This document shows positions 9,483-21,976 of a stretch of 64,000 nucleotides of DNA, piece by piece (the stretch's first letter is position 1; each line of letters starts with the position of its first letter). The DNA lies in IMG/VR virus record IMGVR_UViG_3300031998_000052, positions 1-64,000 of that record. One strand, 5' to 3'. A model generated the notes under the pieces. The model was not told where the DNA came from, made no database searches, and saw nothing but the letters and a program-made list of their open reading frames with translations. Position numbers and translations under genes: made by a program. Origin of the DNA: a virus (lineage: Duplodnaviria > Caudoviricetes).

Positions 9483-12403
9483 CAGAATTATGTTTGAATT
9501 ACCTAATAACACGACGCCTCAGGTGCGTCCAGATGTGGTCAACCGATTGGTGGCCGCTATGTTTGAGAAAGGCCATCTTGACTACTGCGATTGGTACGTT
9601 TCTATGGATGGCAAGCCGGGCTTTGCTGGCAAGTGGAGTGGTCCGAGGGGAGAGAATGACAAGCGCAAGTTCGTGGAGTTCACGATGGATGAGCGCCAGG
9701 CTGCTTTTGACGAGTTCAAGAAGAAAGGGTATCACATTGCCCGTGAGGAGTGGTACGGCACGAATAGCAGGCTCTGGTGCTACATCGTCAAGGAGAAAAA
9801 GGACACTCCGGAGGATCACATGTTCCACTATATCTTTTAGGCCATGGAACTGACGAACCTTGAATGGATGGCTCTGCGCACGATGGCGTGGAACCTCTTA
9901 CAGAACGTGAACAGTACGGGAGAGGGTTACTACACAGTGAGTGACACCTTGATTGAGGAGGAGGTGAACCTATTAAAGAAGATAGCAAATGGCAAGTAGA
10001 GTTGTATGGGCAAAGTTCAACTTGCTCAAGGAAATGATAGCGGATGCGCAGGCCGATTTCTACGGAGATGACGAGGATTGGCAGCCTGCTTATCTTGGAA
10101 TCAGTCCTGACTTGGAAGAGTGTGTGATTGAGTATGATATTGCACAGATTCCGGTCGGCTGGCACATCGAAAACGCCTGCTTGGATGCAGAGGAAATAGC
10201 GAATCAATACTTTGACCTTAGATAGTCATGAAAGCGACAATTAAAAACCTGAAAAAGGCACTGAAAGCCTGCGCAAAAGCGCACAACTGCGAGTTCGAGG
10301 ATTATTCCGATGAGGGACAGTTCCTCGTGTGCTCTGAAACACCGGCAACCATCTGCGACGTGCGGATGATTCTCGATTCCTTCTATGGGAGCCATGATGC
10401 AGCGGAGAATAGTGGCTGGGGAAGCATCACTATCTGGCTCGACGAGTCTATGGATAACAACGGAAGAGAGGTGGACATGACAACACTGGCCATGGCTCTT
10501 CCTTACGGCACGAAGTTATGAGAAAGACAAAAGACATTTGGCCCCTTTGGATGGGCATCAGAGGATTCCGTTTCGTCTATCATGGCGATTGGAGTGATCC
10601 TGAGGTCGTATGGCACGGCCACGTTATGAACGCACATGCTCTGGAGGATGCTATGTGGGAGTTGTATGATGAGCGGTGCAAGGAACAGGAAGTCAAGACC
10701 ACTGAGGACGGGTTCGTCCAGTTCTGCAAGGATGAGGTTGAGTGTCTGAGGGAGTATGCGCAGGATTTGATTGACTGCGGTCAGGCGAGGCGGTTCGACG
10801 GGCGCCTGCGGTATCGTACAGATTGGTTTTCAAAGGACGCTCCAGTCCTTCGAGCAATACCTGCGTAACTATGAAAGCAAGGACAAAGACGGAGCGGGGA
10901 GAGATATTCTTCTGCTTCGAGGACTATTATGGGAACAGATTCGGAACGTGGCGCGATATAGCGAGAAACGGCCAGGGCTGCGCATATCTTGTTGGTTACT
11001 TCCGTTCTTACTATGCTGGGTGTGAAGAAAGAATAGATGAGATGGTCTTGACGGGAAAGCCGAGCATGGAAATCATCATGAGATTCATTGACGGATGTAA
11101 AAATGTAATAGAGTCATGAGTAAGAGAAAGACATATCAGGAAAAGATAGACGCCCTCAACGCCAAGGCTAAGGAAGAGATTTATCAAATGCTTTACCAGC
11201 ACGACCTGAGGGAGTTTCAGATGCCGGATGGCGTCTATGTTCTGTCGCAAAAGCCGGGCGGTGACTTTGAGTTCTGCCGTGTGGCATGGGTTGGATTCAT
11301 CAATGAGGGGCATGGCGATGTGCTGTGTTTCGACTACGTGGGCGGTATCGCCTGGTATCAGAATCCTATAATTTGGTGTCAGATTTGTGATGCCATGAGG
11401 AAATCACTTAAATAGAAAAGACATGCAAAAGAGAGTTTTCACAATCGGAGAGCGCGTGTGGTACAATGCGGACCACATGACTGGATGGGGCACGATTGGC
11501 CTTATCAATAGGTCGGATGAGTACAAGCAGTACAACTGCACCGACGATGACATCATAACAGTGGAGAAGGAAAGCGGTGGAGAGATTGAGTGCTGGCCAG
11601 CCAATGTGTATCAGTTGGCTCTTGGCCTGACGTTCTTTGGCAATCCTGTGGTGTGGGATCATGAGAGTGAGGAATATCCGCTGTACTGCCCTGAGATGGA
11701 TGAGAATGTGTTCATGTGTGAAACGGAACAGAACTTGGCCCGCATCACCGATGAGCCTCATTCCTATGAGTTCTATTCTATCGAGGACGGGGTGCTGCAT
11801 GTGAGTGGATACCTGTGGCACGACGAGGACAGAGGATGGGTGCTGACGGAGTTCACGTTCTGCCTCGTCCCCAAGAGTGAGATTCTTGCCTGCAAGGACG
11901 GACTCGGACGGCAGTTCATTGTTGACGGATACGAGCAGGCCGTTACTCAGTACGAAAAGGACGGGCTGACTGCAAAGGAGGCCCTGCGCATCTGCAACTC
12001 TTACAACTTTGGTCAGAGGTTGCTCGACTACTCTGAGATTACAGAAGATACGCCAAACGGAAACTACGTGACAAGAGTGAGATAGTATGGAACAGAAAGT
12101 AACAATCCCGGTGCAGGGGATTCTGGACTGCACACATATTCAGATTTCAGCCGAATACGATAAGGGAGGCTGCAACTATACCCATCGTGGATACTACGTG
12201 ACCATCAAGGCTGTGAAGATCGAGCCTTGCAAGTACGGTGACTTCAACATGATTTCTTTCGCCATGGACTATCCGTATAAGCGATACCTGGTCGAGAGGG
12301 CTGAGCGGAAGAATCAGAAGAAACTGACGCTGTTGGCCGAGAGGGTGAAAGCCAACGCCCAGGCTATCTACGATGCGTTTATCAAAGGTGACTATGCCAA
12401 AGT

Positions 12404-12418
12404 TGGCACGATTATTGC
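12404..12418 (+). promoter_or_regulatory. sigma54-type -24/-12 motif upstream of the beta-clamp-like gene
   Basis: TGGCACG-ATTA-TTGCA, 32 nt from the -12 C to the ATG at 12450. Confidence 0.6.
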
Positions 12419-12449
12419 AGTAGCATAACCAACAAAAACTTACAAGAAT

Positions 12450-13217
12450 ATGAAACAGACAAGCATTGACAAAATTAGCAAGGTGTATGTGGCCTTGCAG
12501 GGCAGCGAGTACGCAAAGTTGGCAGATCTACTGCAAGACGTGATCCGGGCAGAGGCGATGACTCCTGCGAAGGCAGGCAAGTTCAATATCTACAACTACG
12601 TGGCCGACGATGAGATCCGTCCGGCCATGTGTGGCGTGTACCATGACAATGGCATGAAGGTAGCCAGCGATTCTCATCTCTTGATTGCCATCAAGGAGGA
12701 GTACCCGGAAGAGCACGAGGGTACTGTAATCCTGAAAGACGGCTCTTTCGTTGAGATCGAGGAGAATGTGTTGGACCCAGAGGGGCACGTGACAAACACC
12801 ATTAAGCACCGCACCAGCTACGTGGACAAGGACGGTCACAACCATCCCATCTTCCCGAAGTGGCGCGATGTGATTCCCAGCACCGAGAAGAGCGGGTACG
12901 ATGCGTACACGTTCGACCGCGAGAAGTTCTTCAAGTGGGTTGAGGACCTGCGCGTCGCTCACAAGGCCGAGTACGGAAAGGGCGTCAAGTGGTTGCCGAC
13001 GTGGTTCTGTAAGGTTGGTCCGTGCGGTTTCAAGGCTGAGTGGTTCTGTCGCATGATTGAGGCCATGGACTTTCTTGGAACGGACAAGATCTACCTGCAC
13101 TGCGATGGCCGCAGGGCCGCTGTCATTAAGACGGACAAGGGCGTGTGCATTTCGATGCCAGTCATGCTTAATGACAACTTCTCGGAGGATGTCCCAACCC
13201 ATGTAATTCTCGGATAA
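12450..13217 (+). CDS. DNA polymerase III beta-clamp-like protein (domains II-III only)
   Basis: VADDEIRPAMCGVYH..VASDSHLL, IFPKWRDVIP and GFKAEW...ISMPVML resemble the DnaN motifs RP.L.GV, ATDGHRL, YP.Y..VIP and the terminal MP. Confidence 0.55.
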   Translation: MKQTSIDKISKVYVALQGSEYAKLADLLQDVIRAEAMTPAKAGKFNIYNYVADDEIRPAMCGVYHDNGMKVASDSHLLIAIKEEYPEEHEGTVILKDGSFVEIEENVLDPEGHVTNTIKHRTSYVDKDGHNHPIFPKWRDVIPSTEKSGYDAYTFDREKFFKWVEDLRVAHKAEYGKGVKWLPTWFCKVGPCGFKAEWFCRMIEAMDFLGTDKIYLHCDGRRAAVIKTDKGVCISMPVMLNDNFSEDVPTHVILG

Positions 13218-15196
13218 TATGAAAGCGTGGAATATGATCATCGCCATGTTCAGGTGGAGCCTGGACCTCGGCCAGGGGGGATACCTCAAAGTTGAAGATT
13301 ACACAGACGAAGGATACCTTCAAACATACTTCGGTATTGACGCCTACAAGAAAGGAAAGTTCACACCCGGTGAGTGGGTGTACTTCTATGACACCGACAA
13401 CTCCGGCCTCAAGGACGTGGCCGACGAGTTTGGAGAGCCGGACGTGATAGTCTATGACGGGGACTGCGACATCTGGTGCTGGAGGATGGAGAAATGAAGA
13501 AGTGGATAGGCTACGCGGTTATCATCCTTCCGATTCTGATTGTGGCATGGAAGTGGCACGTGTGGGACGGAGGAATCGGAGGACTGATACTCGCAATGAT
13601 TGCAGTGTTCAACTGCACTGTATGGACAGACCATTGTAAAAAACCTAATAAGAAATGAACAGAGACAGACGCAAGCAACTTGAAGAGGCCAAGACCAAGC
13701 TGGAGGAGGCCAAGGAGATCGTGGACCAGTGCAAGGATGAGGAGCAGGAGGGGTTCAACAATCTCAGTGAGGGTTTGCAGTGTGCCGAGAACGGAATGAA
13801 GATGGAGGAGGCCGTAGGGAATCTCGAAACTGCATCCGATTCTATTGAAGAAGCCATCAATTCTATCGAGGAGGCGATGGTATGAAACTTTTGAAGTTCG
13901 GGGGGTTCGTCCTTGAGGACGGCCCCCACGGATATCAATGCGACGTGCGCGGAAGCGTTAAGCATTTCGTGACGGTCGCGTCATGGATTGACTATGTGAT
14001 ACAATTAACAGGTACGAAATATGAAGGCAGAAGAAATCATCAAATTGTTGCAGGAGCACCCGGACGCAAACGTCGTGGTGTGTGACATCAAGTGGCAGAC
14101 ATGTGGGATCAGCGGTGCCCACTATGACGAGCAGTACAACCGCATCATGTTGGACTTTCAGGAGGAAATGTTATGAGAAGGATGAAAGTAAGGGACCTTG
14201 AGGCTTTCCTGGCCGGGTTCAAGAATAAGGACGCAAGCATCAAGATTGTGGATGTGGACGGGGCCGAGTTGGCCGTGTTCGGCATCTGTGAGACGCAGGG
14301 CAACAGCCTGGGCCTCGAAACGCAGGAGGAGTTCCCGGACTCGTGGTTTGACTCTCACGGGAATGAGATTCTTTGGAACCTCGACTGGACGCTGGAGGTC
14401 CGTAGGGTGAAGGACAGTGAGAAGGCTGAAATCCTCATTACGGAGCCTACCACCGGCAATGAGGTTGGTTACAACTTCCGCATCTATGATGGATTCGCGG
14501 TGTGCGACAACGGCCTGCTGTTGAAGTACAAGAAGACCGAGGACCTGACGCAGGAGGAGATCGAGGAGATTGATGAGTATTGCGGGGCCGTGAAAGACTC
14601 GAAGTGCGTCACCCCTCATGATGTGTGCCTCAAGTATGGTGAGGTTTGCGTGCTGCGTGAGGTTATGGACACTACCAATTCTCATGACCGGGCGCTGGTG
14701 GATGCAATCAATGCTGCGTGGACAAGAGGTTATGACCGGTTCCGCACCATCCTCATCGCCCTCTACGACCGCGACTTGGAGGAGATCATGGAGTCGGATG
14801 CTTTCAGTTGGCCGGAAGGCGCTGACACGGACTACGTGTTCACGGACTTGCAGTCGCAGTGGGATGCCTATGCCGAGAACTACCTGATGCACATTGCTGA
14901 CAATCAGGACCTCGAAACAATCCTCAAATTCGTGAAGTTATGACAAACAGGGAAAAGATGGTGGAGGCCAGGCGCCTCCTCAGGGAAGTCAAGAACAGCG
15001 GGTACTGGCCTTATGCCAGCCCGGCTCCGTGCAGCACGGAGGTCAAGATCAAGGAGAACATGGACACGGCCATCGAGAGGATAGACAATGCTATCTTCTG
15101 GCACGACGAAATGTTCGGAAAGACCGGGCGCCCTGACAACAAATGCGTTGGCATGGAAATTGTAGAGAAATAGTACACACACAAACTTACAGAATC

Positions 15197-15499
15197 ATGA
15201 AACAGAAAGTTCAACTTGTCAGCCTCGGCCTGACTGAAAAAGAAGCCGAGAATGTGATGCTCCTCGAATCCAAGATGCTGGAGCAGGCGGTTAAGTTCTC
15301 TTATCGCAAGAAGGACGGCACGATCCGCGAGGCCGTCGGCACCCTCAAGCGCGAGCTTATGAAACTCAAGGACGGGAGCCTGTGGGCGCCCAAGGGAGAG
15401 GCTAAGCCGGAGTGTGCCGAGAAGATCGACTACTTCGACATCGAGGCCCAGTGGTGGCGCCAGTTCGCGGTGGCCAACCTCGTCAGCGTGGAGGGTTAG
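15197..15499 (+). CDS. SH3 beta-barrel / WYL-like small protein (DUF2693 type)
   Basis: VKFSYRKKDGTIREAVGTL...YFDIEAQWWRQF. Confidence 0.7.
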   Translation: MKQKVQLVSLGLTEKEAENVMLLESKMLEQAVKFSYRKKDGTIREAVGTLKRELMKLKDGSLWAPKGEAKPECAEKIDYFDIEAQWWRQFAVANLVSVEG

Positions 15500-18484
15500 G
15501 CTATGATAGAAAAGATCACCATTCAGACCAGCCCAAATGGTCGCTGCTTCTCCGTCAATGTGCGGAAGAATCGGAAATGGGACGAGACCCACGCCCAGTA
15601 TTCAAGGATTACGGACGCGCTCTATGCGAGTGGCCGTCTTCCAGGAACCGGCCAGGTGGCCACCGCTGCTTGGAACGCCTTCTACAAGACAATCACGGCC
15701 CTCAAACTCACCAAGAGGGGGCGTGGTGACACCTATTACAGACTTGTTCAAATAGAGCAGATATGATCAACACCATCACAACCATCCAAGAGATAACCCT
15801 GCAAGCCTACGACTTTGGTATCTATCGTAGGCTCCAGGACGAGAAAGACATGTCCCGTGACCAGATATTCAACCTTTTCGAGGAGTGGGGCAAGGAGTTC
15901 GAGAAGAAGCACGAAGGGTACGTGTGGAACGGAGACTACTACGACGAGATTGACACCTTCATCATGGCTAAAAATGACGCCCTATGAGACAGGAACTTCA
16001 AGAAAGGTTGAGAAAGCTGGAGCCTTACCTGCCTCTGAGCTGGGACTACAAGGACCTGCTCGACATCGCCCAGGAGCAGACCGGCATGGACCGGGATACG
16101 CTCAGGGATATGTACGGAAACTATTCATACGGCCAGTGGGCCAGGGTAATCAATTTCTGTTAGCCATGAAACGCGAAAAGATAGAACTCAATGTACCGTG
16201 GAAGGACTTTCTGTGGGTGCTGGACCGGAGGGATGAGATAGAGAAGGAGACGGAAGGTCTCCGGCATGACATCCCAGAGGAGCACAAGAAATGGGGTGAC
16301 CTGTGGGACGAGAGGCACGAGCTTGACGAGAGGATGGAGAAGATGCGCCCGCACGTTATCCCGGAGGTGGGCGCCACCGGCACGATCCACTGGTATTCCG
16401 ACAGCAGCAAGGCCAAGGTGACCCGTGTGATATCGCCCAAGAAGATTGAGGTCACGGCCTGCGGGCTGTACCACTGCACCAAGATCTATACGTTCCGGTC
16501 CAACGGACACTGGGTCCAGGAGGGCAGCACGAGCCGGGACTGGGCCACGCTCTTCTCATGGGGCCGTGGTTATGACCATTACGACGAATCCTATTAAAAT
16601 TCAACGCTATGAATATTATCGAAAAAATCAACGCCGCTCTTGACAAGCACTTCAAGAGCAACAAAGGTAACATCCAGGCTGATATTGCCTATCCCTGGTG
16701 TGATGATAAGATCCGGCTGGAGGCTCAGCGTCCGTCCAGGGTGGATGTGCGCCACATGTGCGTGTTCATCTTCCGACAGGAACCCTACGTCCAGATGATC
16801 ATCATGGACACCTGGATCTTCACACGCGAGACCATCAATCGTGCGGGAAACCGTTTCAAGGCGTAAGGCCATGGACTACAAGGAAAGATTCATCGCCCTC
16901 ATGAATGAAATGCACCGGGCCGGTATGGGCGGGTGCATCTCCATGGTCATCGGGGAAGGGCTTCGGGAGTGCGAGGCTTACAGTAAAGACCTCGCCCACT
17001 GGGTAAAACACAACATAGATCAACATTGCTAATCATGGAAAAAGTATATCTCATCGTTGACCAGGACGGCGCCACCGTCAACGTGTTCGCATCGCTCGGT
17101 CTGGCTATTGCCGACATCGAGCTTAACAAGGAGCGCATCGTAAAGGAAAACCACAACCCGGAATCCACCCTTACCAACTTCATGTGGGGTGGCCGGGATG
17201 GGAAGAAATACTCCCTGACCATTAAGGAGTGCCCCATCTGCACAGATCCGCACATGGATTACATGGATAAGCCCAGGGACGTCAACGCAAAACTGTAAGG
17301 CCATGGCACGCAGGGTTTACATAAAGGATATCAAGTGTGACCAGCCCGGGTTCATCCAGAAAGGCGGGCTTTTCTCCTTCGCGGACAGCATCATGGTTGG
17401 CCGCAATATCAACGGTATCCGCAGGGTTGCCTTCTACGAGTATGACAAGTTGTGGCAGGCCAAGTGGAAGGATGAGGAGGCTGACATCTCCGTCCGGTGC
17501 GAGACGGACAAGGAGTCCCTTATCTTTCCGGAGGAGGTCATCAAGAACTTCAAGTACCAGATGGAGCAGCACTTCCTCGACAAGGACATCAAGGTGCGGA
17601 CCGAGTGTTACGGTGACACCCAGTCAAGGTACAACATCGACTTTTACTTCTACAAGGAGGATGATGATGCGTGAGACATTCGTATTCCAGCACAAAAAGT
17701 ACGTCCTCAACGTAACCCGCGAGGACTTCAATAACCTGGTACGGATCCGGCAGGTCGGAGGCCACCATGTCTGGACGGTATCAGTGGAGGCGCCGCCCAA
17801 TACGTCCCGCTGGGACCTGGGTGATGCGGCTATTAGTGCGTACCACGATCAACTCGACCAGGTATGTATATCGTAATCTTCATTATCTGCGGATTGGCCT
17901 TCATCCCAGAGATATTTAACGAAAAAAGGTAAGGCTATGACAATGTTCAAAGTGACAGACAAGACCGGTAAATACCTGGTCAGCGCTTTCAGTGACAATG
18001 AGCAGGCGTGCTATGAAGACGTCCGCGATGTTGTCGGTGACGAACTTGCACAGAACGGAATTCCTCTTGCAATAGAGATTTCTTCCTGGGCATCCGTCGC
18101 GACTCTTGGAGAGGTCTATGAGACCGAAAAAGTAAAAGTTGAAGTGGTGGAGGTAGATTAGGCATGTTTTTTGTAGTTATGCTGCTGGCATATCTGGATG
18201 ACATGCTGGCCAGAAGAAAGTAATATGGGAAAGTACGTTTACAAGGTTTACAAAAGGAAGGACATTAAGTGTACCTGCCATGCCGAGGAGGTCAAGTGTT
18301 ACTCTCAGAAGCGCACGGCTGACAAGTTTATCGAGAGGCAGGATGATCCCGACATGTTCTACGTCACGCGGTTCGTAGTGTATCGCAAGAGTGACGGCAG
18401 TACCGGGTATTGCCTTCCTTTGACGTATCTCACAGTCAAGGTTCCCGACGTGTATGCGCACGGGGGCTGGTATTAGTATTTGCC

Positions 18485-19252
18485 ATGAAAAAGAGAAGAG
18501 TCGAAATAAAAACCATTGATGAGCGCAGGCCATACGTACTGTGGCGCCGCGTCTCGACGAAGGAGCAGGGTGACAGCGAATTGGGTCTGTCTGCCCAGAG
18601 CACCATCGCCAAGACGTTCATGGGCCGGGAGCCGGTAGCGACGTACACGGACGTGAGGTCAGGTACGAAACTCAAGGAGTGCTCCGGCCTCTGGGACGCT
18701 ATCGCAGAGTGCAAGGAAAAGGACTACGTTCTGGTGGTGGCGAAGACGGACAGATGCCGTAACGTACAGGAGGCGCTGGATATCTTGGATGCAGTCGGGG
18801 ACCGCAGGCTGATATTCTGTGACCTTCCGTCCTGCGACCGCTTCATCCTCACGGTGATGTTCGCCATGTGGGAGCGCCAGGCTATCATGGGCAGGATCAA
18901 TACGAAGGTTGCCCTTGCAGAGCGCCAGCGCCAGATCAAGGAAGACGGCGGCTTCTTCTCTAAAAGCGGAAACTGGGTCACGCACCTTGGCCGGTCCAAG
19001 GGCTGCGACACCAGTAAGGCCACAGCCGCCGCAGGTGCGGTTGCAGCCGGTAAGTCTCAGGAGTGGAAAGATGATTCCGCTCTGTACTCCTGGGTCACTA
19101 TCCAGGTCCTCAAGCGCAGGCCGAGGAAGGAGATAGTGGCCGACGCCCGGGAACTCTACGAGAAAAACCCGGAGAAATATTGCACACGGAACGGGAGGCC
19201 GCTCACTGCGGCCATCCTCAGCCATTACATTAAAGACATTCAAAAATCATAG
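18485..19252 (+). CDS. serine recombinase (resolvase/invertase catalytic domain)
   Basis: YVLWRRVSTKEQ (catalytic Ser), DVRSG, LVVAKTDRCR. No large-serine-integrase zinc ribbon is evident. Confidence 0.85.
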   Translation: MKKRRVEIKTIDERRPYVLWRRVSTKEQGDSELGLSAQSTIAKTFMGREPVATYTDVRSGTKLKECSGLWDAIAECKEKDYVLVVAKTDRCRNVQEALDILDAVGDRRLIFCDLPSCDRFILTVMFAMWERQAIMGRINTKVALAERQRQIKEDGGFFSKSGNWVTHLGRSKGCDTSKATAAAGAVAAGKSQEWKDDSALYSWVTIQVLKRRPRKEIVADARELYEKNPEKYCTRNGRPLTAAILSHYIKDIQKS

Positions 19253-19257
19253 GAACC

Positions 19258-19803
19258 ATGAAAAAAGTTACAATCGAAATCCCTGAGGGAAAGGCATTGA
19301 AGTTCAAGGACGGCGCCTACGTCCTGGTAGATGACAACGTGATGGAGCGCATCAAGACCTTCGACGATGCGTGCCGCGAAGTGACCGGCAAGTCCGAGGA
19401 GGAGTGGCTGGCCGAGAATGAGACGGATAAGATGGAGCCGGACGTGCTGGCATACCTCAAGATGCGCATCATCGTTGCCGTCCTCAACGAAGGATGGAAA
19501 CCCACGTTCGAGGATGGTGAGACTCGGTACTACCCTTACTACTGGCACTACACCAAGTCCGAGTGGGAGGGCCTGAGCGCATCCAGGCGGAAGGAACTGG
19601 AGCCTACGGTCTGCCTCGTCGGCGGTAGCTCGTCTGACGGGTCGAAGTCGGGGCCGCTCTGCGTGAGCTCGCTCGACGCCTGGTCGGACGCGCGCTCGAG
19701 CCTCGGCGCCCGCCTTGCATTTAAGACGGGGGAACTCGCCCGTTATGCCGGGAAGCAGTTCTTCGACATCTTCAAGAAATTCTACTACGATGGAGTGCTT
19801 TGA
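19258..19803 (+). CDS. remote DGR target protein (181 aa) with a variable region near the C-terminus
   Basis: Encodes VCLVGGSSSDGSKSGPLCVSSLDAWSDARSSLGARLAF, collinear with the TR at 37743-37854. Confidence 0.85.
   Translation: MKKVTIEIPEGKALKFKDGAYVLVDDNVMERIKTFDDACREVTGKSEEEWLAENETDKMEPDVLAYLKMRIIVAVLNEGWKPTFEDGETRYYPYYWHYTKSEWEGLSASRRKELEPTVCLVGGSSSDGSKSGPLCVSSLDAWSDARSSLGARLAFKTGELARYAGKQFFDIFKKFYYDGVL
19608..19719 (+). repeat. DGR variable repeat VR2
   Basis: 112-nt ungapped match to the TR with 18 mismatches, 14 of them at TR adenines. All 12 mismatches in the 3' part are at TR adenines. Confidence 0.92.
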
Positions 19804-20131
19804 AGTATGCGTTCTCCTGAGGGGAACAGTTAGACAAGAGGATCCGCACTGCCCTTCCCAGTGGAGGGGCAGCGGATGCTACGATATTGACGCGCCCGCA
19901 AGCCAGCGGGTGACGGTGACTGTACCTGCCAATAATGAGGGATTGGCGAGAAACCTGGCCAGCAATTATTGCTACGAGGGTGAGGGAGGATGCGAACTTG
20001 AGAGCGTGGATGATGTCGAGATTAAATGCGTCATCCCCTGTGGCGAGTGCGACGATCCTGGCATGGAATTTGATTGGGGAGAATTGGAGGTGGTTGAGGA
20101 TGATGGCCCCGATCCGGATGAGCGTGACTGA
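19790..20131 (+). CDS. acidic Cys-rich hypothetical protein
   Basis: 113-aa ORF overlapping the end of the target gene. Confidence 0.55.
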   Translation: MECFEVCVLLRGTVRQEDPHCPSQWRGSGCYDIDAPASQRVTVTVPANNEGLARNLASNYCYEGEGGCELESVDDVEIKCVIPCGECDDPGMEFDWGELEVVEDDGPDPDERD

Positions 20132-20132
20132 T

Positions 20133-20331
20133 ATGAGGGGGGGGGGTAAATTGGTGCCTGAGATGCTGGCACTGGAACAAGAATGAGAAGAAGTGCGTGG
20201 CTGAGGCCGGAGACTTCTGCAAGGTGTTAAACGATTATTTCAAGAAGAGAGACGATGAAAGCAAAACAACTCATGCTCGGAAACTACGCCCTATACAACG
20301 GGCTGGTTGTACGGGTCCGCAACATACATGA
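20133..20331 (+). pseudogene. small Cys-rich ORF interrupted by a G10 homopolymer
   Basis: ATG-A-G10 gives a 17-aa product. With G9 the frame reads MRGGVNWCLRCWHWNKNEKKCVAEAGDFCKVLNDYF... (65 aa). Confidence 0.5.
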
Positions 20332-21514
20332 TAACGTGTTTCTCGACGGAGAGGATGAGTCTGTCGAGGTTGTGTACGATGACGGCGTTGTCGTTTTGGT
20401 GGATCCTTGTTCGCTTGAGCCGATTCCTCTCACGCCCGAAATCTTGGAAAAGAACGGGTTTTCAAGAAACGGTCTTGATATTGCCATTTTTGACAGGAAG
20501 GGAGGAGATGATTTCGTAGGTGCAGCAAACTTGGAATTTGTCCACGAACTCCAGAACGCCCTTCGCCTCTGTGGAATAGAATACGAAATAACACTTTGAG
20601 ATATGAGCAAAATCAAGATTGGCGCCAAGGTCACGGCGAAAGAGAGTCCTACAAAAGTGACCGTAAGCGGTACGTTCCAGGGATACGAACTCGAAGACCA
20701 GGAGGACCCCACGTCCATCTGCGGGAAGGTCTTCTACGTCAAGGACGGTAAGCTGTACCTTGCACATGTGTACGTTGACAGTATTAAGGTGTGTGATAGC
20801 GAGGATGAGAGGATAAGGAAAGAGTTATTAGATGCCGTTGATAAAGCAAGAGTCTTTGACATTGACAAGGATGTCGCAGATAGATGGACGGCTTGGCTCG
20901 AAAAGCAGAAAGAGCAGAAGCAAGAAATCAAGATTGTTATTCCGAAATTCCGAGTTGGAGATATTGTTATAAAATCCACAAAAGAGAAATGGGAAAACCC
21001 ATGGAAGATAACGCACATCAGAGAAGACGGATATAATATAGAGTCAGTTGATACTTACGGTGGAGGATTTATAGGATTCAGTTTTGAAGGTGAATACGAA
21101 CTTGTAGAGCAGCCCGCAGAGTGGAGTGGGGAAGATGAGTCAGTTGTTAATCTTATTTTAAAAGAATTAGAACAGGACAAGAAGAACCAACCGGATTATA
21201 GTAGGCACTTCACAAGGTTAATTTCTTGGCTTAAGTTCCTTCCAAAAAGATTTAATTTTTCATCAAAGCAAGAGTGGGACGAGAATATTATTCGCAAAGC
21301 CATAAAAGAAGTTGGTTTAACCCAGCACCAAATAGATTGGTTCAAAATCAATGTATTTCCACCCAAGCAAGAGTGGAGCGAGGAGGATGAGGAAAATCTT
21401 AGTGATATAAAGTGTGCTCTTTATGATTATTACGAAGAAGAGCGTGTGGAAGAACTCTATAATATGATCAAGTCCCTCCGTCCTCAGCCTCATTGGAAGT
21501 CGAGCGATGAGTAG
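20255..21514 (+). other. two hypothetical CDS (20255-20599, 20603-21514)
   Basis: The second gene has repeated EWS.EDE-type segments and an AT-richer 3' part. Confidence 0.65.
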
Positions 21515-21976
21515 ATGATAGCTCTCGGTTTAGCAACAAATCTTATTTGTGATAGTGAAATCAAACTGCTTGAATCCTTATACTCTGATCTCAAGAAACT
21601 GATGTAAAACCGTAGGGTGCGTGGTATGTAGATTACCCCGATGTAACTACCTGCTCTCCCATATTGAGGAACGCACCCTTTTTGATTTAGATATGAAACC
21701 AAGAGTAAAAATAAATGGTAAAAGTTATTACCAAGAATGGAAGCCTGGAGATACTGGTGTTGTAGATGGGCATTGCCGAGAGGTTTATGAATTTTCACGT
21801 CAAGAGTCAATTGATTAAATATGTTGCTCGCCATTTCTATGCACTTGGACTTAACACAAAAAAGGATGATTAAGTATGGAAGATTATATCAAAGTTGGCG
21901 AATTGAAGCAGTTCATCTACGACCTCATCAAGAAGGACAAGGCCGAGAAGGACTATGACGAATTAAAGGAGAATTT

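Larger units (their letters stand above)
6789..18476 (+). other. array of about 35-40 small co-oriented hypothetical genes (early/host-takeover-type region)
   Basis: Dense ORFs of 55-320 aa, many with ATGA stop/start overlaps (e.g. 6789, 7472, 7650, 8055, 9005, 9475, 10228, 10518, 11116, 11423, 12087, 13219, 13655, 14173, 14940, 15503, 15763, 15984, 16166, 16609, 17303, 17937). Confidence 0.75.

Noticed and set aside
15815-16597. 260-aa ORF as a single gene
   Set aside because: It is better explained by a 59-aa gene in another frame (15984-16163, MRQELQERL...) followed by a gene starting at 16166. The N-terminal extension is frame overlap.
4936-17311. Other TGGCACG hits (4936, 5519 minus, 10611, 13554, 15099, 17304) as sigma54 promoters
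   Set aside because: They lack TTGC at the required 4-nt spacing.
18485-19252. Serine recombinase as prophage integrase with an att site nearby
   Set aside because: It is only 255 aa with no evident recombinase or zinc-ribbon domain, and no att-like repeat or host junction is seen.
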